The notes under the pieces were generated by a model, which worked only from the letters and a program-made list of their open reading frames with translations, was not told where the DNA came from and made no database searches. A program made the position numbers and the translations under genes. A stretch of 64,000 bases of DNA from Limnochordia bacterium (GTDB lineage: Bacteria > Bacillota > Limnochordia > DTU080), in contig JBMNJG010000005.1 in assembly GCA_050951545.1 (NCBI GenBank), positions 288,001-352,000 of the forward strand, in the 5' to 3' direction. Shown one piece after another: positions 19,979-30,332 of the stretch; positions within the stretch are counted from its first letter, which is position 1, and each line of letters begins with the position of its first letter.

Positions 19979-21274
19979 TTACTTACTGCTTCGATTCCAG
20001 TCATCGAGCATGGCTTGAATAACGGGGCTGGCCTCTTCGAGGGCCAGCGCGGGGCTCTTTGTGCCCGTATAGACCACTGGCGAGATCACGCGATTGTAAT
20101 ACAGTGTCCGTGTTTCCCCCGGAACTTGCTCAGGTAGTACCTGGGAGAGCGGCTCTTCGATCATCTGAATCATGGCTGGGATATTCACGCCTTTGTGAGC
20201 GTTAAGAAAGGCGGATACTGCCACGCTCCTTCGGGCGGGCGGAATGCCCCAGCCGAGCTCCATCGCCAGGGTCTGCCCCTCAACGCTCGCGATGTACTCA
20301 AGAACCTTCCAGGCCTCGTCGGGATGCCTGCACCCAACGGGGATGGCGTACGGTGTCTCTGGCCAAATATTAGTCGCTCGACTACCTCGGAAAGTAGGCG
20401 TCAAGGCGATGTCCCAATCAAGCTCAGGGAAGGCCTTCATGTATCCGAACATGAAGCTACCCCACAGCATAGAAGCTGTCTTCTGCCTCCCGAAGTCCGC
20501 GTAACCGCCGCTATTGGCAGGCATCACGCGATGCGCGTGGGCAAGATCGTGAGCGAACTGCAAAGCATCCCTGACTGCCTCGGAGTTTCCCAGGAATCTG
20601 GTACCATCAGGACTGAATAGCGGGCCGCCGCCTGCTGCATAGCCAAAAGGATACACTTCTCGGCCTGAGCCGCCACCAATGCCGAGAAGACCATATGTCT
20701 CAGGAACACCGTCCCCGTCTTTGTCCCGCGTCAGTCTCTGTAGTTCGCGCGTCCCCTCCCGCTCCCACTTCCAAGCGTCAGAGGGATACGGAACACCTGC
20801 CTCCTCAAACTGGCGGGTATTATAGAAAAAGGTGCTCACCGCCGCTCCAAGCGGTAGCGCATACAGCTTGCCATTCCAACTGAGGGTGCCCTCAAGCAGA
20901 ATCGGCCAGAAGTCGTTGCGTACCGAGCGAGGAAGGGTCTCAAAACGTCTGGTAATATCCTGTATGAGCCCCGCCCTTGCCACTTCTGGGACTCCCCATA
21001 GTCTAGCCACATCGGGCGACACGCCACCAGCCACTAATACCGCGAGGCGCTCCTGTGGACTACCAGAGGAACTCGGCAAGATGTCAATCCCTATGCCGGG
21101 GTTCTGTTCCTCAAAACCCTCAAAGAACGCAGCAGAGCGCTTGAGATAGTCGTCATTCCCGTGGACGAGTACCTGTAAGCTGACCGAACCCACCTCAGCC
21201 TCAGTGACCAGCGCATGTGCAAAAACGAGCATGACTAGAACAAACAAGACCGTGGATTTCGCTGTGCGAGACAT
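19979..21274 (-). CDS. Sugar-type ABC solute-binding protein
   Basis: Signal peptide, AGGVSPDV, GKLYALP, DKDGDG loop, EAWKVLEY. Confidence 0.88.
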   Translation of the reverse strand: MSRTAKSTVLFVLVMLVFAHALVTEAEVGSVSLQVLVHGNDDYLKRSAAFFEGFEEQNPGIGIDILPSSSGSPQERLAVLVAGGVSPDVARLWGVPEVARAGLIQDITRRFETLPRSVRNDFWPILLEGTLSWNGKLYALPLGAAVSTFFYNTRQFEEAGVPYPSDAWKWEREGTRELQRLTRDKDGDGVPETYGLLGIGGGSGREVYPFGYAAGGGPLFSPDGTRFLGNSEAVRDALQFAHDLAHAHRVMPANSGGYADFGRQKTASMLWGSFMFGYMKAFPELDWDIALTPTFRGSRATNIWPETPYAIPVGCRHPDEAWKVLEYIASVEGQTLAMELGWGIPPARRSVAVSAFLNAHKGVNIPAMIQMIEEPLSQVLPEQVPGETRTLYYNRVISPVVYTGTKSPALALEEASPVIQAMLDDWNRSSK

Positions 21275-21487
21275 ATGGTAACCTCCATTTTATACCTCTG
21301 ACCCAAGTTCCTAGACTAGTTCAAGGCCCGATCACAGAAACCAGCACACCATTTCTGATCATTTCACCGGCTAGACTGTTCATCCTGCCGCTTTGACCTA
21401 TTTGCATATGCACGCGTGGAAGGCTCTTGCACCTTACCTAACGAATACCCTCCTTGTATTTCCAATTCTGGAGGTGTATTTGCGAAC

Positions 21488-22383
21488 ATGTGGTACTGCT
21501 GGCGAAACTGGTGCCGCTCTAGTATCGTTCTGTCCCTAGCCGTTGCCGTAACATTCCCTGGCAGCAGCTTCCCTGCATCGGCCAAGACTCAGTTACTTGT
21601 AATGGACTGGAAACTAAATGAGACACCTGCCACACAGGCCTGGTTTCAGCAAGTCAAGGAGGCTTTTGAAGCAGAACACGCGGGAGTTGAAGTTGAGTAC
21701 GTGTCAGCAGCATTCGGCGATACATACCGGGAGAAACTACTGGTCGGAACCGCCGCCGGAACTGCACCTGATGTAGCATCGCTGTCCATCATCTGGGCAC
21801 CAAGGAGGGCTGGGAAGCAGGCGAGTTCCTGGCCCAGCTGCAGCTAGGAGGGCTGCTGGGCGGCAGCTTTGAAACACGTACTGCAGCCATGCGCTATGGC
21901 CTGAATGCCACGCCCTACTTCCTCGACAGAGATGCGCCCGACCTGAACTTCCAAGTGACCAGCTTTCCACAAGGGCCCTCTGGTACGCAACGAGGCTCCA
22001 CGGTATGGGGTAACATGTACTCCATTTCCGCAACCAGCAAAAACCCTGGTCTAGCCTGGGAGTTCATCGCCTACTATGCCAGCCTACGAGGTAACATTGG
22101 CATCTTCGAGGCTCTCGACTACGTCACCTCGCCGCGTCTTGATTTTTACCGTTCACGGCAGTGGATTGCCGCCCGTTCCCGCCACGATTGGATGCCCCTG
22201 GTACCTGAGATAGCCTACGTAGGCGGTGTCTACCCCTTCCTAGAGTCACACAGACTCACGCATCAGGTCTGGAATCCGCTTATGCGGCCAGCTCTCATGG
22301 GGACGGCACCAGTTCAGAGCTCTTTCACCCAAGCAGCTGAGATATACGACCGCTTCCTCGCAGACATGATGCCCAGTAAGTAG
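21488..22383 (+). pseudogene. Solute-binding protein with internal deletion and frameshift
   Basis: N-half ends at AAGTAPDVASLSIIWA (~21798); C-half resumes in another frame (TKEGWEAGEFL..AAMRYG..LAWEFIAY); total is ~0.35 kb shorter than intact paralogs. Confidence 0.75.
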
Positions 22384-22513
22384 CAGCCCCATCTCACTCA
22401 AAGCTGGTTCGTTGGTCATGAGACAGCGATAGCCATCGTGTGACTTAGCTGGAACAAGAACCAAATGGAGGGTCACACGATGGCTGCGACTACACTTCCC
22501 CGTACAATGCTCC

Positions 22514-23689
22514 TCAAAGATGCGACAGCCTTCGTTCCTTACTTAGAAGGAGCGTTACCGAAAAAACAGCTACAGCGAAGCCCAGCTGAATCAGGATGCT
22601 GCCGTAGATTGGGCGCAGATTATCCGCAGTCAGTCCCGAAAGAGCCGCGATGGCATCGTTTGCCTGGATGAACCAGTACGACGGCAGAAACCTCGCCACT
22701 GATAGCACTGATTTGCTCATGATTGACTGGGGCACGAACACCCCGCCCAGGAAGCTCATGCCAAGGGTGATGACGTTAATCGCTCCCGCTTGCGAAGCAC
22801 CGTCCTTCACAAAGCTGCCTATGAGAAGGCCCAGGCATGCGCATACCGCTGCAAAGACCAAGGTGTTAAGGGAATAAAGGCCTGCCAACCCCGATGACGC
22901 CAGGCTTTCTCCATGAAATACTAGGCTACCTAGCATGAGTACTGTCCAGCAACCCAAAGCGAAGACTCCGTGCCCAGCCGCCAGCTCAAGGCTCATCTTT
23001 CTGCTCGGCAATGGCGCACATAAGTTGCGCAGATGCAGATCGGGCCTGTTGAAAGCGATCATGATCGAGCTTACTCCCTGCATCACCATCGCCAGCAAGG
23101 CATAGGCGCAGTAGGCAAAATAGTAGGAGTACGCGGGACGTTCGCCTCCGTTTGTAGCGCCTAGAAAGCCCACTGCCACCGGTCTGTCAACGGCCAAGTC
23201 AGCCCTCGTAGCCGCGACTAGCTCGGCCTGGGACGTCTCTCTGCCATACTTATGATGAAACCTCATAGTGTTGAGAAACCTGTCGATGCTCATGTCAACA
23301 TAGTAGCTGCTGGTGGATTTGGGCACGATGACCTTCTGGATGACGTAGTTGCCATCCGACATGAATTGCTCCGAGAAACCCGCTGGGATGATGGCAATGT
23401 ACTCCACGTTTCGAAAGAACAGTGCGTCCTGAAGCTTCTCTGGATCGTCTGGGTACGGAACCAGTCGACTTGCCTGACTCAGGTATTCGACGAGTCCCTG
23501 CGCGATGAGCCCGTCACCATCTCGGTTGATCACGGCCACAGGAGTCTTGGTCGGCTCAAAAGCCATACTCGCTGTCTCTGGCGCGATCGAGGAGAACAAC
23601 ACGGCAAGCCCCAGGAAAATGGTGAGGCTGATGGCTATTGGCACCGCCGAACCGCGCATCACTTTGAAATAGGCCCTAAACACTGGCAT
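22514..23689 (-). CDS. ABC-2 exporter permease
   Basis: N-terminal TM, extracellular domain, C-terminal TMs with SFLGGVFVP..LPSYW. Confidence 0.88.
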   Translation of the reverse strand: MPVFRAYFKVMRGSAVPIAISLTIFLGLAVLFSSIAPETASMAFEPTKTPVAVINRDGDGLIAQGLVEYLSQASRLVPYPDDPEKLQDALFFRNVEYIAIIPAGFSEQFMSDGNYVIQKVIVPKSTSSYYVDMSIDRFLNTMRFHHKYGRETSQAELVAATRADLAVDRPVAVGFLGATNGGERPAYSYYFAYCAYALLAMVMQGVSSIMIAFNRPDLHLRNLCAPLPSRKMSLELAAGHGVFALGCWTVLMLGSLVFHGESLASSGLAGLYSLNTLVFAAVCACLGLLIGSFVKDGASQAGAINVITLGMSFLGGVFVPQSIMSKSVLSVARFLPSYWFIQANDAIAALSGLTADNLRPIYGSILIQLGFAVAVFSVTLLLSKERRLSHL

Positions 23690-24818
23690 ACCTTTCCCTC
23701 CTCAGCTGCATAAAGCTTGCCGTGCACATAATGGCCGAGAGCAGGCACAACATGCCTATGTTGATGAAGAATCTGCGATGGCTATCGAATACATACAGGC
23801 TGTAGAAGGCGTCTGATATCAGAGCCGCAGGGTTAATGTAGGAGAGCACTGGTGCCTTGCGAGCAACGATATCCTTTACCTCAACCCACATCAGACCTGC
23901 CAAGAAGCTCATGGTCATGCTCACGCCAATAAGGATGCCCGTCTTAGCATTCTCGCTTCCCCGGACAACTGTACCGATAAAGCCACCGAATGAGACTCCC
24001 GCGACGCAGCCTGCAAGACATGTCAGCAGCACGTAGCCTATCTGGTTTCCGAAGCTGATGCGTAGTACGAACGCCATGTACGCAAGCAGAATCAGCACCT
24101 CTGCAAAGCTGATAATAAGCGCTGCGGCTGCATCCGATAGCACTACACCCAGCTTGTGTGTAGGCGCTACGGAGCGCCGCGCCCCGCGGGCAGATAGGTC
24201 AGCCTGAACGTCGATGGCGTTACGCAGCCCCCAAAAGCTACTGTACATGCACGCCATGGCAATCAAAGCGTAGAAGAAGCCGAGTATGGTATCAGGCTTG
24301 GCATTCGAGAAAGAGATTTGCTCGGTATAGCTCCTACGGTCCCCCAGCTCTGCAATCAACTGCTGCGCCACGGCTGGGTTCTTCGCCAGGACGCTCGTAA
24401 CCGTTCTGGAGGTGTATGCATACTCATCTAGAATCGCCTTGAGGACGCTCTGCTCGATACCTGACTTTTTCACTGTAAGCCCAATCGCCTGGTCGACGGT
24501 GATGATGCCCGTAACGGCCCCATCTGCAAGAAGCCTCTCAGCCTCCTGCTCATCCGCTACAGTCAACTCGAGTATCTGAGCTTCTCCTGGCTGTGACAGC
24601 GACTCCAGCATCTCGTGGAACCTGATGTCTTTCCGGTACGCCTGACTATCTACGACCGCCACACGTATAGGGTTGAAGCTTTCCAGCTCCTCTGTGAGAT
24701 GGCCAATAGTAAAATGGAACAGCGTTGCCAACAGCAAAGAAAAGGCCAGCGTCCAAAAGACCAGTTCCCGATTGCGCAAGAGACACTTCAATCGATAGCT
24801 GAACACATGCTTGAACAT
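23676..24818 (-). CDS. ABC-2 exporter permease
   Basis: MFKHVFSYRLK start behind GGAGG; LVFWTLAF, SFLAGL, YINP. Confidence 0.88.
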   Translation of the reverse strand: MFKHVFSYRLKCLLRNRELVFWTLAFSLLLATLFHFTIGHLTEELESFNPIRVAVVDSQAYRKDIRFHEMLESLSQPGEAQILELTVADEQEAERLLADGAVTGIITVDQAIGLTVKKSGIEQSVLKAILDEYAYTSRTVTSVLAKNPAVAQQLIAELGDRRSYTEQISFSNAKPDTILGFFYALIAMACMYSSFWGLRNAIDVQADLSARGARRSVAPTHKLGVVLSDAAAALIISFAEVLILLAYMAFVLRISFGNQIGYVLLTCLAGCVAGVSFGGFIGTVVRGSENAKTGILIGVSMTMSFLAGLMWVEVKDIVARKAPVLSYINPAALISDAFYSLYVFDSHRRFFINIGMLCLLSAIMCTASFMQLRRERYASV

Positions 24819-24834
24819 GGCTTCGCACCTCCCC

Positions 24835-25774
24835 TCAGTCCCGCAGTTGCCTGCCAGTGATCTCGAGGAACACATCATTCAACGTTGGCTGCTCCGAGAA
24901 GACCCTGTTGAAAGGGAGATCACGCGACTTCAGATAGTCCAGCAGACACAACAGGTTGTGCTCACCGCCATCGTAATGGACTGAGAGACGGTTGTCGGCA
25001 TAGTGCACCCGGGTCACGTAAGGCAACTGACGGATCTGAGTCAGATCGTCAGGCTGCAACATATACATCTCCACACTGATAGTCTCACCATCGTTGATCA
25101 TCGCCTTCAACTCTTCCTTGGTGCCCGTAGCCAGTGTCTTGCCCTTATCCATGATGACGATGCGCGTGCAGAGCTGTTCGACCTCTTCCATGTAGTGCGA
25201 AGTGTATACTACAGTAGTCGCCCTCTCGGTTGAGCTCCCGGATCCCTTCCAGAATGCTGTTACGGCTCTGCGGATCAACTGCAACCGTTGGTTCGTCCAG
25301 TATGAGAAGCTTCGGTTTGTGAGCGATGCCGCAGGCGATGTTCAGCCGGCGCAGTAGCCCCCCCGACAGTTTCCTGGGAGAAAACTTCCGAAACTCCCCG
25401 AGCTCCACAAAGTCGATAGCTTCCTTAACCAGCTGGCGACGGGTTTTCGGATCCCGGACATACAGGCCGCAGAAATAGTCGACGTTTTCATCCACCCGCA
25501 ACTCGTCAAAGACGGCCACGTTTTGCATCACAATGCCGATATTCCGCTTGATCTCGTAGGCATCCGGCGTCATGGGCCTGCCAAATACCTCAATCGTGCC
25601 CTTGTCATATTTCAGAAGCGACAGGATGCAGTTGATCGCCGTCGTCTTGCCCGACCCGTTAGGCCCAAGCAGGCCGACGATCTCCCCCTCACCCACTTGC
25701 AGATCAAAATGATCGAGCGCAAGCAGGCTTCCATACCGCTTCACCAAGTTCTGCACGTTAATGAGCATGACCAC
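24835..25774 (-). pseudogene. ABC exporter ATP-binding protein, frameshifted near 25220
   Basis: Walker A GPNGSGKTT, LSGG, LDEPT in one frame; TTVVYTSHYMEE H-loop continues in another. Confidence 0.85.
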
Positions 25775-25848
25775 CCCTCCTCACTTTCCGGTTTCATTCT
25801 ACAACCAAGGGTCGGCGCACTGTAGATGCTGGCCATCAGCTTCGCCAG

Positions 25849-25860
25849 TGACAATTGTCA
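25849..25860. promoter_or_regulatory. Perfect 12-bp palindrome, probable response-regulator site
   Basis: TGACAATTGTCA in the divergent gap between exporter and two-component genes. Confidence 0.6.
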
Positions 25861-25926
25861 TCATCCGCATGATGGAATTGATGGGTACGGGCAAGCATGG
25901 TAGACTTACTGCCAAAGGAGACGTTC

Positions 25927-27030
25927 ATGCAGGCCATTGCCGACAGGCTGTTAGTGCTAATCTGCTGCGCTGCGCTGCTGCCAGGACAGGCTTACGACAC
26001 TACTGCCGTCGTAGCCATGCTAGCGGCGATGACGGTGAGTGCGCTCAATGGCTACACCAGATCCCGCTCATTCCTCATCGCAAGCGTAGTCTCGTACACT
26101 GTGGCGAGCATGGCCTGGCCAGCCTTCTGTCTCTTTACCCCACTAGTGCTGTACGATGCACTGACCTACTCCCACATTACCGGACAGGGTCTGTGGACTC
26201 TCGCGGCGGTGGGTTCACTTGTAGTATGTTTCGCGAACCTTTCGATTCCCACAGCGCTGATAATCGCTGCTCTGACAGCGGTGGCCTATGTATTGGCGAT
26301 GCGTACTACCGCGATAGAGCGAAGCCAGACTAAGGCGAAACAGCTGCGCGACAGTGGCTACGAAATGGCCATGCTTCTCAGAAAGCAGAATCAGGACCTC
26401 ATTGAAAAGCAAGACTACGAACTCCGTCTGGCAACGCTTAGTGAGCGCGGACGGATCGCCCGGGAGATCCACGACCATGTGGGCCACCTACTCTCCCGAT
26501 CGATTCTGCAAGTAGGCGCACTTATGTTTTCCAGGATCAGTGAAGAGGAAAAGCAGAGCCTGTCAGTTATTCGCGACACGCTGTCGCAGGCCATGGACAG
26601 CATTCGCACCAGTGTGCATGACCTCCATGACGAATCCTTCGATTTTAGGATTCGGACTGAGGCCCTGGTACAGGAATTCACGTTCTGCCCCATTAGGCTC
26701 GACTACAGGCTGGAGCACGAGCCCGAGAGAGACATTGCCTACTGCTTCATCGCCATCGTCAAGGAGGGCCTGAACAACATAATCCGCCATTCAGACGCGA
26801 CCCAAGTGACCTTGGCACTGCTAGAGCATCCAGCCCTCTACCAACTGGTGTTGCGAGACAACGGATCACAATCGACTAGCGAGTCAGGGGAAGGCCTTGG
26901 TCTGCGTAGCATTGCGGATCGAGTGGACGCGCTGGACGGCCAATTCGTGGTGGAGCGAGACGACGGATTCAGGCTCTTCATCTCAGTCCCGAAGGGGAGG
27001 CAGTTGCATGAGAGTGCTCATAGTCGATGA
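25927..27030 (+). CDS. HisKA_3 sensor histidine kinase
   Basis: N-terminal TMs; ERGRIAREIHDHVGH, EGLNNIIRHS, DNG, GLGL. Confidence 0.92.
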   Translation: MQAIADRLLVLICCAALLPGQAYDTTAVVAMLAAMTVSALNGYTRSRSFLIASVVSYTVASMAWPAFCLFTPLVLYDALTYSHITGQGLWTLAAVGSLVVCFANLSIPTALIIAALTAVAYVLAMRTTAIERSQTKAKQLRDSGYEMAMLLRKQNQDLIEKQDYELRLATLSERGRIAREIHDHVGHLLSRSILQVGALMFSRISEEEKQSLSVIRDTLSQAMDSIRTSVHDLHDESFDFRIRTEALVQEFTFCPIRLDYRLEHEPERDIAYCFIAIVKEGLNNIIRHSDATQVTLALLEHPALYQLVLRDNGSQSTSESGEGLGLRSIADRVDALDGQFVVERDDGFRLFISVPKGRQLHESAHSR

Positions 27031-27628
27031 TGACCCACTGGTCTGTCAATCACTCAAGACTATTCTGCACGCTGACGGTGACATTGAAGTAGTCGGCACG
27101 GGCCATGACGGCCACGAAGCAGTGGCGCTCTTTGCGCAGCTCGAGCCCGACGTCCTCCTCATGGATATCCGCATGGAGAGGATGACGGGGCTCGAAGCCT
27201 GCGAACGCATTCTCGCCCGGTTCCCGGACGCGCGCCTTCTCTTCCTAACCACGTTTCTTGATGATGAGTACATCGTGCAAGCGCTTCGGCTGGGTGCTAA
27301 GGGGTACATCCTAAAGCAAGACTTTGAGAGCATCATCCCCGCCCTCAAGGCGGTGCACATGGGCCAAAGCGTGTTTGGCGATGCCATCGTCACTAAACTG
27401 CCGAAACTACTCAGCAAGAGCGGACAAGGCAGTCTGGCAGAACTGGGAATCACGGAAAGAGAACAGAACATCATAGAACTCGTAGCAAAAGGTCTCAGCA
27501 ACCGTGAGATCGCCGAGACCTTGTATCTGAGTGAAGGCACAGTCCGCAATTACATCAGTGTCATCCTCGAAAAGCTAGAGCTGCGAGACCGCACGCAACT
27601 GGCCGTATTCTACCTCAAACACGCCTGA
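27008..27628 (+). CDS. NarL/LuxR-family response regulator
   Basis: VLIVDDD, LMDIRM, GLSNREIAETLYLSEGTVRNY. Confidence 0.93.
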   Translation: MRVLIVDDDPLVCQSLKTILHADGDIEVVGTGHDGHEAVALFAQLEPDVLLMDIRMERMTGLEACERILARFPDARLLFLTTFLDDEYIVQALRLGAKGYILKQDFESIIPALKAVHMGQSVFGDAIVTKLPKLLSKSGQGSLAELGITEREQNIIELVAKGLSNREIAETLYLSEGTVRNYISVILEKLELRDRTQLAVFYLKHA

Positions 27629-27646
27629 TGCAACTGCCCGTCGGGT

Positions 27647-27670
27647 GAGGGACAGCCGAAGCCGTCCCTC
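27647..27670. terminator. Hairpin between convergent genes
   Basis: GAGGGAC-N10-GTCCCTC. Confidence 0.45.
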
Positions 27671-27683
27671 ATGGCACCGCCGC

Positions 27684-28979
27684 CTACGGTGTGGCGTACA
27701 GCTCGTCAAGCATAGCCTGCACTTGCCTCTGCATATCACTGATGAAGTTTTCCAAAGCCAGGGTGCCGTTAATGACCTGCCGAAACTGCGGGTCGAAAAC
27801 CCTTTGGATGTCAGTTTTGATGGGCGACACGATCGCTGCAAAGTTGTCACCGTCAAGCGAGGCATCCACAGCCTGTTTGATGAAATCGCGCCTAACTGGT
27901 GTTTCATGAGCCAGGTAGGTCCCTATGCGCGACAGTGTGGGCAAGTGAACGGGAATGCGCCCCGTTACCCTTAGCATCTCGGCCTGCGACTCCTCGCTGA
28001 GTAGCAAAAAGACTAGCCAGCGGCATGCCCACTCTGGGTTCTCAGACGCTTTCATGACCCTCATAGGACCGAAGTAGAGATTCCCGCCTCTACGCACCGG
28101 GCCCTTTGGCTGCACAATCGACTCAATCGTGTCCTCGGTCAGATGCAAGTATGCCGCATGAGACGCCGTATTGTATAAGCTGATGGCATTCGCGCGGCTC
28201 GTTACAAAGCGCTCTCTGTTCTGCGATACGAGCCAACCTCTTTGTGCCAGCTCTGCGTAGAGTCCTAGACCCTGGCGAACCTGCGGGGTATCGAGCAGGG
28301 CCTGCTGAGGGTTCAAGTACCTCTCAAAAAAAGAGCCGCCCGCTTGATGGATGGCGGGGGTGAGGTTCTCAAAGCTGGAGGCAAAACCAATGCCTGCCGT
28401 CTCCGGCCGACCATCCCCGTCGACGTCAATGGTCAAACGTCCAGCGTTCTGCTTTAGCCAGTCCCAATTCCAGCCGTCGCCTAGATCTCGAAGAGGCGCG
28501 ATCCCCATTTCGTCAAACAGCGATCGATTGTAGCCAGCCACCACTGCGTAGATCTGGTTAGGCAGGGCAAGCAGCTGCCCCTCACTCTCCAGTACGGGTT
28601 TGGCGAAGCTAGGTACCAGTCGATACAGGTCTACTTTGTCGGCCTTAAGGTAAGAGTGTAGATCAGCAAAGTTGTCTGTGTCATCTTTGAGTAGAACCGT
28701 CGGCGTGGAGTCGATCGCATCCACCTGACTACCTGTGCCGAGCATCACCAGCAGCTTGTCTGCATACCCTGAGGGAAAGTTCTGGATGTCGATATGCACG
28801 CCCGGGTTCTGTTTTTCAAAGGCGGCTGCTCGTTCGATAAGGAAATCGTAGAACTGCGGCCCGTGTATTCCGGTGAGATGCACGATCGTGATGGGTGCTG
28901 AAACCGTGACCAGCGTACACACCATCCATGATATGACGGCAATCAGTAACACACTGCAAGGCCGGTCTCTTCGACACAT
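27684..28979 (-). CDS. Sugar-type ABC solute-binding protein
   Basis: Signal peptide, WNWDW, DVDGDG loop; close paralog of 36449-37771. Confidence 0.87.
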   Translation of the reverse strand: MCRRDRPCSVLLIAVISWMVCTLVTVSAPITIVHLTGIHGPQFYDFLIERAAAFEKQNPGVHIDIQNFPSGYADKLLVMLGTGSQVDAIDSTPTVLLKDDTDNFADLHSYLKADKVDLYRLVPSFAKPVLESEGQLLALPNQIYAVVAGYNRSLFDEMGIAPLRDLGDGWNWDWLKQNAGRLTIDVDGDGRPETAGIGFASSFENLTPAIHQAGGSFFERYLNPQQALLDTPQVRQGLGLYAELAQRGWLVSQNRERFVTSRANAISLYNTASHAAYLHLTEDTIESIVQPKGPVRRGGNLYFGPMRVMKASENPEWACRWLVFLLLSEESQAEMLRVTGRIPVHLPTLSRIGTYLAHETPVRRDFIKQAVDASLDGDNFAAIVSPIKTDIQRVFDPQFRQVINGTLALENFISDMQRQVQAMLDELYATP

Positions 28980-29013
28980 CAGTGAATTCCTCCCTGTTCG
29001 CTTTTTCCTACTG

Positions 29014-30105
29014 CTAGTTAATGACAGCGGCAGCCACCAGATTGGCCACCAACGGGCGTAGCCGAATCTTGGATTCTGTGCTATGCCGCAAATGAACCCT
29101 GTTGGTCAGCAACACCACAAAGAGCTCTCTCGTCGGATCTATCCACATGAATGTGCCAGTGAATCCGGTATGGCCAAAGGATTCCGGCGAGAAAAGATCC
29201 CCTGCTGCAGATTCTGCGTAATCACCCTTCATCTGCCAGCCTAGCCCCCGCGGCTGGCTCATGCCCCGGGTATAGTTGCGAGTGGCGACATCGACAACCG
29301 CCTCAGACAAGACTCGGTGGCCTTCGTAACATCCCTTGTTGAGCCACATTTGGCAGAAAACGGCGATATCACCCGCACTGCCAAACAGCCCCGCGTTGCC
29401 GCACACTCCCCCGAGCGACCGACAGTTGTTATCATGCACTACGCCGTGCAAGTGGGTGCCAAGCTCAGCGTTGAACCCTGTGGGTGCCACGCGTGGCAAC
29501 ACCGATGGAGGCGGAGTATACTGGGTGTCATGCATGCCAAGGGGGTCATAGAACAGCTCTTTGGCCAACACATTAAGAGATCGACCGCTTACCCGTTTGA
29601 CGACCTCTCCCAGCATAATGAAACCGGGACAGCTATAGATGACCTCCTCACCGGGAGGGCGGTTCGGTGCCAAGTCCCACAGCGCCTGAAGGGGATCGGC
29701 GGATTGGTAGAGAGAGGCCGCAGGCAGTCCCGATGTATGCGTGAGTAGCTGCCCGATGGTCGCATCTAGCTTAGCCTCGGGGATATACCGCCGCACGCTG
29801 TCGTTTAGCCACAGCATCCCCCGCTCGAGTAACGCTAGCACACAGGGCGCAGCAGCCACGACCTTCGTCACTGAAGCCAGATCGAAGATGGTGTCAGGGC
29901 GCATCACCTCCTGCTGTGGTTGGAGGCGAGCCAACCCAAACGCTTTGGGACCCACGAGAAAACCCCTGTGGCCAATCGCTAGGACTGCTCCAGGTATGCG
30001 TTGCTCGCTACACCAACGCTCTACTAGGGCATAGGCCGCCTCTATATGGTCAGGTCGTAAACTCGCATCTGCAGGCGTGCCAGTAACCAAAACGTCTCGG
30101 TGCAC
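29014..30105 (-). CDS. Serine hydrolase, beta-lactamase/AmiE-like family
   Basis: FDLASVTK (SxxK), LLTHTSG, YSC, VHDNN, FGHTGFTG. Confidence 0.9.
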   Translation of the reverse strand: MHRDVLVTGTPADASLRPDHIEAAYALVERWCSEQRIPGAVLAIGHRGFLVGPKAFGLARLQPQQEVMRPDTIFDLASVTKVVAAAPCVLALLERGMLWLNDSVRRYIPEAKLDATIGQLLTHTSGLPAASLYQSADPLQALWDLAPNRPPGEEVIYSCPGFIMLGEVVKRVSGRSLNVLAKELFYDPLGMHDTQYTPPPSVLPRVAPTGFNAELGTHLHGVVHDNNCRSLGGVCGNAGLFGSAGDIAVFCQMWLNKGCYEGHRVLSEAVVDVATRNYTRGMSQPRGLGWQMKGDYAESAAGDLFSPESFGHTGFTGTFMWIDPTRELFVVLLTNRVHLRHSTESKIRLRPLVANLVAAAVIN

Positions 30106-30332
30106 TGCTAGCGACCCCCAAAAATCATGTGCGTGATAAACTCATCGCCTGGATATGTGTTCATTGTGTCATAGACGGTTATATAGAACTACACGTATTT
30201 TAGGAAAACGTGGAACAGATATTAGGACACGCCAACGGTCCGGGCCAACGCGAGATCTCTGGAATTGGGTAGCCAGAGATCTCACGTCAGCTGCCGCAGC
30301 GACGGCCGCCATCGACCAGGGATGAGTATCAG

